From Rhodoferax sp. (GTDB taxonomy: Bacteria > Pseudomonadota > Gammaproteobacteria > Burkholderiales > Burkholderiaceae_C), in assembly GCA_021738345.1 (NCBI GenBank), contig JAIPCE010000001.1, positions 3,596-67,595 on the forward strand: DNA of 64,000 nucleotides. Direction: 5' to 3'. The position numbers were made by a program, and so were the translations under genes. The notes under the pieces are model-generated. The model was not told where the DNA came from and did not search any database. It was given only the letters and a program-made list of their open reading frames with translations. Of the stretch, positions 58,171-64,000 are shown one piece after another (within the stretch, counting starts at the first letter, position 1; every line of letters begins with the position of its first letter).

Positions 58171-61026
58171 CTATAAAGGGAGTTGTTCGACCGGGACCGG
58201 GCGACCAAAAAGATAGCCCTGAAACGCCTTGCAGCCATTGCGCAACAAAAAATCATGCTGACCTGCGGTTTCGACACCTTCTGCGACCACGCCCAAATCT
58301 AGGCTTGCGGCCAGATTCAAAATCGTTCGGACAATCGCCGCGTCGTTAGGGTCCTTGAGCACATCACGCACAAACGACTGGTCAATCTTGAGCTGATCCA
58401 AGGGCAACAGCTTCAGATAAGACAGCGAGGAATACCCGGTACCAAAGTCGTCCAGCGCAAAGTTGACCCCGATGGAGCGCAGCTCGCTCATCTTCGCAAT
58501 GGCATCGCCCATATCGCTGACCAGCATGCTCTCGGTAATTTCCAGTTTCAGTCGATAGGGGTTTGCACCACTGCTGCGCAGCAGCGCCAGCAATTGGTTG
58601 GAGAACTCCGGGTGCCGAAACTGGCGCGCGCTGACATTGACCGCAACCATCAAACCGCGTGTCGACGGCTGCGCGCTCCAAGCCACCAATTGGGAACACG
58701 CCACCTCCAGCACCCACTGCCCCAAGGGCAAAATCAGGCCGGTTTGCTCCGCCACAGGGATGAACTCAGCCGGCGACACCATGCCCCGTTCCGGATGCTG
58801 CCAACGCAAAAGCCCCTCCACGCCCATGATTTTCCTCTGCTCGTCCACCACCGGCTGGTAAAACAGCCGGAATTCCTGGCGCATCAACCCGAGCCGCATG
58901 TCAGCCTCAAGCGTGGCACGCGCGGTCGCCGCTGCCTGCATCACCGGATCAAAAAAGCGCAGCGTATTGCGCCCCGCTGCCTTGGCCTGGTACATCGCCA
59001 GGTCCGCGCGCTTGAGCAGCTCGTCGACCCCGTGCAGGTGTTCATAAAAAAGTGTGACACCGATGCTGGGCGAGCTATGGTGCAGTTGACCCTCCAGATG
59101 AAAATGCTGGTTCAAGGCGAGCAGCACTTTCTTGCCAACCGCCTCGACTTGCGCTGCGGCCTCGATGTCACTCTTGCTGAGCTCCTCGAGCATGACCACA
59201 AATTCGTCACCGCCCAACCGCGCCACGGTATCGATGCCGCGCACACACTCGGACAAGCGCACTGCGACTTGCTTCAACAATTCGTCGCCCGTGTGGTGCC
59301 CCAGGGTGTCGTTCAGAATCTTGAAGTTGTCGAGGTCAATGAACAATAGCGCCCCATGGGTACCACGCCGTGCACTGGTAGCCACCGCCTTTTGCAAGCG
59401 ATCGAGCAGCAATCGCCGATTCGGCAGGCCGGTCAGCGCATCAAAAAATGCCAGCCGCTCAATATCGGCTTCGGCCTTTTTGCGCAGGGTAATGTCACTG
59501 CCAGTGCCCCGGTAACCCGTAAATTGTCCAGTGGCGTCAAAGATCGGTGTACCACTCACCGATGCCCAGCGCAGCGTCCCGTCAGAGCCCAGACGCTGCA
59601 TTTCAAAATCACGGAAAGTTTGGTGTGCCTGCAAGGCGGCACGGTGCGCCGCCCACTGTGCGTCGCTCACGCCCAGGACATTGAGCTCCCAGCGCTTACG
59701 CCCAATATAGTCCTCACGCAAAGCGTTGCTACTTCCTACGAGGCTGCCGTCAACCCGCACAAAACGAAACTGTGCATCCTGCTCCCAGTACCAGTCCGAT
59801 GACAATTCGGTGAGGCTTCGAAAGCGCGTCTCACTTTCTTGCAGCCGCGCCAATGTGTCTTTGTGGCTGGTCATATCGATCACCGACCCGCACCACAGTA
59901 CGGAACCGTCGTCACAGCGCTGTGGAACTGCGCTGCCCAACAGCCAGCGCAAACTTCCGTCAGGTGCGAGCGCCCGAAATTCGCATTGCCAAAGCGAAAG
60001 ATCGCGTGCCGAGATTCTGGTTGCTTCTTCCATTGCCGGCCAGTCTTGCGACAAAACCCGCTTGAAAAACTCCGACGCGTGCTCCTGCACCGCCTTCGGA
60101 GACACCCCTATCAAAGGTTCGATCGCAGCACTGATAAACGGAAATTTGCGCCGACCATCGGGCCATATCTGGAGTTCATAGAGCACGCCGGGTGCGCGGC
60201 TGGTGATCTTCTGAATGAAGTCAAGCTGCGCGCGAACGGCCTGCAAAGCTTCCTGCTCGGCGGTAATTTCCTGAACAATGCCAAACTCCGCCTTGAGCAC
60301 GCCGTGGTCCATATGGCGTTGCATCTTGGATCGTATCCAGATGGCTTGGCCATCTGGAGTGCGCCAGCGGTATTCCACAACCTGTCCATCCATTTCCTGC
60401 AACGCCGCCCGCACCCGATCGCGATCCTCTTCCAGCACCTGATCCAGATGTCTGCCGATCGGGGCCGTACGCAGCGGCCCCAGCCGTGCTATTTCGGCGT
60501 AACCGTGTGACAAATGGACCGCCGCATCACCTGGATACGTCACCCAGTGCCCTACTTTCGCGACCGACTCGGTCATCTCGTAGACCTTTACCTGCCGGTT
60601 GAGCTTCTCGTTGACATGCTCCAGCGCCAATTCACCCGCTTTCAAGGCCTCCTGGGCCAGGCGCTCGGCCGTAATGTCTCTGAGGTGCGCAAGGATGTAA
60701 ACCACCGCATCGGCTTCGATCAGCACCGCATTAAGGCGAACAACCCGGGGACTGCCATCGCGCATCAAAAGGGTCAACTCGGCATCGTGCAGACGTCCGT
60801 GGCTCTTGAGACCGTACAGGCCTAGCTCACGCGACTGTTCGTCGGGCCAATGTCCGATCTCCAAAGCCGTCTTGCCCAATACCGCTTCTCGTGTGTAGCC
60901 CGTCAACGCCAACCACTCCTGATTCACCTGAACAATCAAACCGTCGTGGGCGCGTGACAGCACAATGGCTTCGGGACTTTCGAAAAACATCGTCCTGAAA
61001 AGGTCCCCGGACATTGCCGGAATCAT
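58171..61026 (-). CDS. Multi-PAS GGDEF-EAL protein
   Basis: About four PAS/PAC segments, RGID I-site, RLGGDEF, EGLLRW, LEITES, DDFGTGYSS, EGVE, QGY. Start 61026 or 61014. Confidence 0.94.
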   Translation of the reverse strand: MIPAMSGDLFRTMFFESPEAIVLSRAHDGLIVQVNQEWLALTGYTREAVLGKTALEIGHWPDEQSRELGLYGLKSHGRLHDAELTLLMRDGSPRVVRLNAVLIEADAVVYILAHLRDITAERLAQEALKAGELALEHVNEKLNRQVKVYEMTESVAKVGHWVTYPGDAAVHLSHGYAEIARLGPLRTAPIGRHLDQVLEEDRDRVRAALQEMDGQVVEYRWRTPDGQAIWIRSKMQRHMDHGVLKAEFGIVQEITAEQEALQAVRAQLDFIQKITSRAPGVLYELQIWPDGRRKFPFISAAIEPLIGVSPKAVQEHASEFFKRVLSQDWPAMEEATRISARDLSLWQCEFRALAPDGSLRWLLGSAVPQRCDDGSVLWCGSVIDMTSHKDTLARLQESETRFRSLTELSSDWYWEQDAQFRFVRVDGSLVGSSNALREDYIGRKRWELNVLGVSDAQWAAHRAALQAHQTFRDFEMQRLGSDGTLRWASVSGTPIFDATGQFTGYRGTGSDITLRKKAEADIERLAFFDALTGLPNRRLLLDRLQKAVATSARRGTHGALLFIDLDNFKILNDTLGHHTGDELLKQVAVRLSECVRGIDTVARLGGDEFVVMLEELSKSDIEAAAQVEAVGKKVLLALNQHFHLEGQLHHSSPSIGVTLFYEHLHGVDELLKRADLAMYQAKAAGRNTLRFFDPVMQAAATARATLEADMRLGLMRQEFRLFYQPVVDEQRKIMGVEGLLRWQHPERGMVSPAEFIPVAEQTGLILPLGQWVLEVACSQLVAWSAQPSTRGLMVAVNVSARQFRHPEFSNQLLALLRSSGANPYRLKLEITESMLVSDMGDAIAKMSELRSIGVNFALDDFGTGYSSLSYLKLLPLDQLKIDQSFVRDVLKDPNDAAIVRTILNLAASLDLGVVAEGVETAGQHDFLLRNGCKAFQGYLFGRPVPVEQLPL

Positions 61027-61284
61027 GGGGTGAGGGGCTAGACTATCCACAGGGTCAAGTTTAGGCGGATTTTGAGTGCGCGCGCACCTCCCGCTTTGGC
61101 TTTTCTGCCACCTGGCGACTTCAGGTGCACCAGGCGGCATTACAGCTGATCAATTCGACCCGTTCGGGATCCGGAAAAAGCTGATGGTCCGTTTTATGGG
61201 TGCCGGGCGCGACGCAGTGCAAGGCGTAAAGCACCCAAATTTGCCACGCCAAAGAAGCAGACGGACTAAGAACAGGGTGCGGCG

Positions 61285-61293
61285 TGCTATTCT
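61285..61293 (+). promoter_or_regulatory. Extended -10 (TGcTATTCT) upstream of mutS
   Basis: TGn plus TATTCT about 38 nt before ATG 61331. Confidence 0.45.
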
Positions 61294-61330
61294 CGCTTGC
61301 ACCAACTCCTTTGATTATTCATAAAAATCA

Positions 61331-63940
61331 ATGACTTATAGCGACATGCAGCCAGTTTCCGAGGGAGTCGAGAAGCACACTCCCATGATGCAGCAGTACC
61401 TCGGGCTCAAAAAGGATTTTCCGGATACCCTGCTGTTTTACCGCATGGGGGATTTCTATGAAATGTTCTATGCGGATGCCGAAAAAGCGGCCCGTCTGCT
61501 CGACATTACCCTGACCCAGCGCGGGCAATCTGCAGGTCGACCGGTTCTGATGGCAGGGGTACCGTTCCATTCCATGGAAGGCTATTTGGCCAAGTTGATC
61601 CGTCAGGGCGAATCAGTGGCCATTTGCGAACAGGTTGGAGAAGTCGGCAATAAGGGGCCGGTCGAGCGCAAGGTGGTTCGGGTGGTGACTCCCGGTACAT
61701 TGACCGAATCGGAGCTGTTGAGCGAGAAAACTGAATCGTTTCTTATGGCCGTTCACCAGGGACCACGCAACCGCTGCGGCCTGGCCTGGTTGAGCATGAC
61801 CCAGGGGCTGGTGCATCTGGCTGAGTGCACCCCGGACGAGCTGGCAAGCTGGGTGACCCGGGTGTCGCCGAGTGAGCTGGCCTATAGCGCGGGGGTGACC
61901 CAAAGCTTTGAAGAACGTATCAGGCGTCTGCGTCAGGGCTCGAGCGTGTTCTTGACCAGTCGACCTGAGTGGCAGTTTGACAGCGCCTTGGGCGCGCGCC
62001 GCTTGCTGGAGGCGCTGCAGGCTGCCAGCCTGAGCACCTGGAATGCCCAGGACCTGACGTTGGCCCATGCCGCAGTTTCAGCGCTGCTGGGCTACGCCGA
62101 GCACACCCAGGGACGTAAGCTGACCCATATCAGCCAGGTTCTCATTCAACGCGACGACGAACTGATCGACCTGCCCGCCAGCACCCGGCGCAACCTTGAG
62201 CTGGTGCAAACCCTGCGCGGCGAAGACGCGCCCACGCTATTTTCGTTGCTCGACACCTGCATGACCGGCATGGGAAGCCGACAGCTCAAGGATTGGCTAC
62301 TGAGCCCTCGCCGTGACCGCGCACAAGCTCAGCAGCGACTCGATGCAATCGGCAGTTTGTGCCTGGGCCTATGGCAGCCTCTGCGCGCCGGACTGAAGGG
62401 TTGCGCCGATGTGGAACGAATTACCGCGCGGACCTCGCTGCGCCAGGTACGCCCGCGCGAGCTGGTCGCATTGGTTCAGACCTTGTTTAAAACCGGCCAG
62501 TTGGCACAGCAACTGCAAACGGCAGACGGCTTATTAGGGCGGATTTTTCAGAATTTGCAGCCCCCAGGCGAATGCACCAGCTTGCTGCAACAGGCCATCT
62601 CTCCAGAACCCGCAGCACTGGTACGCGACGGGGGCGTCATCGCCGCCGGGTTCGATGCAGAACTCGACGAGTTGCGGTCCATCCAGACCGATTGCGACGC
62701 GTTTCTGATTGACATGGAAGTGCGGGAAAAAGCCCGCACCGGCATTGCCAACTTGCGCGTGCAATTCAACCGGGTTCACGGCTTTTACATTGAAGTCACA
62801 CAAGGTCAGATCGACAAGGTGCCGAGCGACTACCGGCGTCGCCAGACCCTCAAGAACGTAGAACGTTTTATTACACCCGAGCTCAAGGCATTTGAAGACA
62901 AGGCATTGAGTGCACAGGAACGTGGGTTAGCCAGGGAGAAATACCTTTTTGAGCAAATACTGGACCGCCTGCAGGTCTTTGTTCCAGAACTCACCCGCCT
63001 TGCGCGCGGCTTGGCGGCGCTAGATGCCTTGTGCGCACTAACCGAGCGCGCGCTGACGCTGGACTGGTGTGCTCCCGGCTTTGTGCCCGAACCCTGCATC
63101 GACATCACGCAGGGTCGTCACCCGGTGGTGCAGGCCCGACTGGCGGAATTGTCGAGTGGAAATTTCATTGCCAACGATGCGCGACTGGGACCAAAAGCCC
63201 GCATGCAAATCATCACCGGCCCCAATATGGGCGGCAAGTCCACCTATATGCGACAGGTCGCCTTGATCGTGTTGCTGGCCAGCATCGGCAGCTACGTGCC
63301 GGCAGCCGCCTGCAGACTGGGACCGATCGACGCAATTCACACCCGAATTGGTGCAGCCGACGACCTGGCCAATGCCCAATCCACTTTCATGCTTGAAATG
63401 ACCGAGGCCGCGCAAATTTTGCACGCGGCCACACCCCAATCCCTGGTGCTGATGGACGAGATCGGTCGCGGCACGTCCACCTTCGATGGCCTGGCCCTAG
63501 CCAGTGCAATCGCAACCCAGTTGCACGACAAGACCCTGGCTTTCACGCTGTTTGCGACGCATTACTTTGAACTGACCGAATTTCCGGCCACCCACCACCG
63601 GGCACTCAACGTGCATGTCAGCGCCACCGAGTCCGGACGTGACATTGTCTTTCTGCACGAAATCCAAAGTGGGCCTGCCAGCAAAAGCTACGGCGTGCAA
63701 GTGGCGCGCCTTGCTGGCATGCCTGTTTCCGTGCTGGCACAGGCACGCCATGTGCTGGAGGCCTTGGAGGCGCAAGCCACCCAATCCCGCGCACAAATTG
63801 ACTTGTTCGCCGTGCCGCCCGTGCCAGAAGCCCCAGACTCCTCGGCGCTCGAACGCGCCGTAGCCGCTCTCAACCCGGACGCCATGAGCCCCCGGGAGGC
63901 ACTAGATGCCTTGTACCAACTCAAAGCCGGTCTGGTCTGA
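61331..63940 (+). CDS. mutS: DNA mismatch repair protein MutS
   Basis: [56 protein letters not shown]. Confidence 0.98.
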   Translation: MTYSDMQPVSEGVEKHTPMMQQYLGLKKDFPDTLLFYRMGDFYEMFYADAEKAARLLDITLTQRGQSAGRPVLMAGVPFHSMEGYLAKLIRQGESVAICEQVGEVGNKGPVERKVVRVVTPGTLTESELLSEKTESFLMAVHQGPRNRCGLAWLSMTQGLVHLAECTPDELASWVTRVSPSELAYSAGVTQSFEERIRRLRQGSSVFLTSRPEWQFDSALGARRLLEALQAASLSTWNAQDLTLAHAAVSALLGYAEHTQGRKLTHISQVLIQRDDELIDLPASTRRNLELVQTLRGEDAPTLFSLLDTCMTGMGSRQLKDWLLSPRRDRAQAQQRLDAIGSLCLGLWQPLRAGLKGCADVERITARTSLRQVRPRELVALVQTLFKTGQLAQQLQTADGLLGRIFQNLQPPGECTSLLQQAISPEPAALVRDGGVIAAGFDAELDELRSIQTDCDAFLIDMEVREKARTGIANLRVQFNRVHGFYIEVTQGQIDKVPSDYRRRQTLKNVERFITPELKAFEDKALSAQERGLAREKYLFEQILDRLQVFVPELTRLARGLAALDALCALTERALTLDWCAPGFVPEPCIDITQGRHPVVQARLAELSSGNFIANDARLGPKARMQIITGPNMGGKSTYMRQVALIVLLASIGSYVPAAACRLGPIDAIHTRIGAADDLANAQSTFMLEMTEAAQILHAATPQSLVLMDEIGRGTSTFDGLALASAIATQLHDKTLAFTLFATHYFELTEFPATHHRALNVHVSATESGRDIVFLHEIQSGPASKSYGVQVARLAGMPVSVLAQARHVLEALEAQATQSRAQIDLFAVPPVPEAPDSSALERAVAALNPDAMSPREALDALYQLKAGLV

Positions 63941-64000
63941 TCGCGTCATGTGACCCGATACACTAGGAGATTGCCGGACGCCAGTCCGATCGTCTCCTTG

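Noticed and set aside
61030-61260. c-di-GMP-I riboswitch-like fragments (GCCAAAGC...TCCGCCTAAAC) upstream of the GGDEF-EAL gene
   Set aside because: The GCAAAC/P2 GNRA-tetraloop arm is missing and the spacing is about 23 nt too long.
63965-63998. Interrupted hairpin AGGAGA...CGGAC-GCCA-GTCCG...TCTCCT after mutS
   Set aside because: No U tract is visible and the window ends 2 nt later; cannot separate a terminator from a leader structure.
1-64000. CRISPR arrays, rRNA, prophage, defence systems, intact transposases or integrases
   Set aside because: No regularly spaced direct repeats and no corresponding protein motifs were seen on either strand.

Overview
64 kb of mostly core chromosome from a high-GC betaproteobacterium. 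Gene content and order suggest Comamonadaceae (Rhodoferax-like); this is an inference. Core genes: recR-ybaB-dnaX, SRP RNA (ffs), the complete nuoA-N operon with tRNA-Leu(GAG)/secG/tpiA, pnp-rpsO, tsaD, rpsU-yqeY, pmbA/darP/mog, cysE-trmJ/suhB and mutS. Accessory content: an AmmeMemoRadiSam locus with fused AmrB-AmrA; a LytS-type kinase with an unusual C-terminal membrane tail and its LytTR partner; a roughly 3 kb insert behind ffs (lone PHA synthase plus a 741 bp inverted-repeat-bounded cassette); a deletion-collapsed fossil modABC operon ending at a 185 bp MITE; and two c-di-GMP signalling loci. Strongest observations: (1) two tandem uncharacterised small proteins share a C-terminal motif conserved at protein level (PxVNxQGQxTGRxLN); (2) an A9 slippery run in dnaX, placed to yield a gamma-like product; (3) the modABC fossil; (4) -10 boxes 6-7 nt before ATG at several genes, suggesting leaderless mRNAs. 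No CRISPR array, rRNA, prophage, or intact transposase/integrase was seen. All family assignments come from motif recognition by eye; no database search was run.
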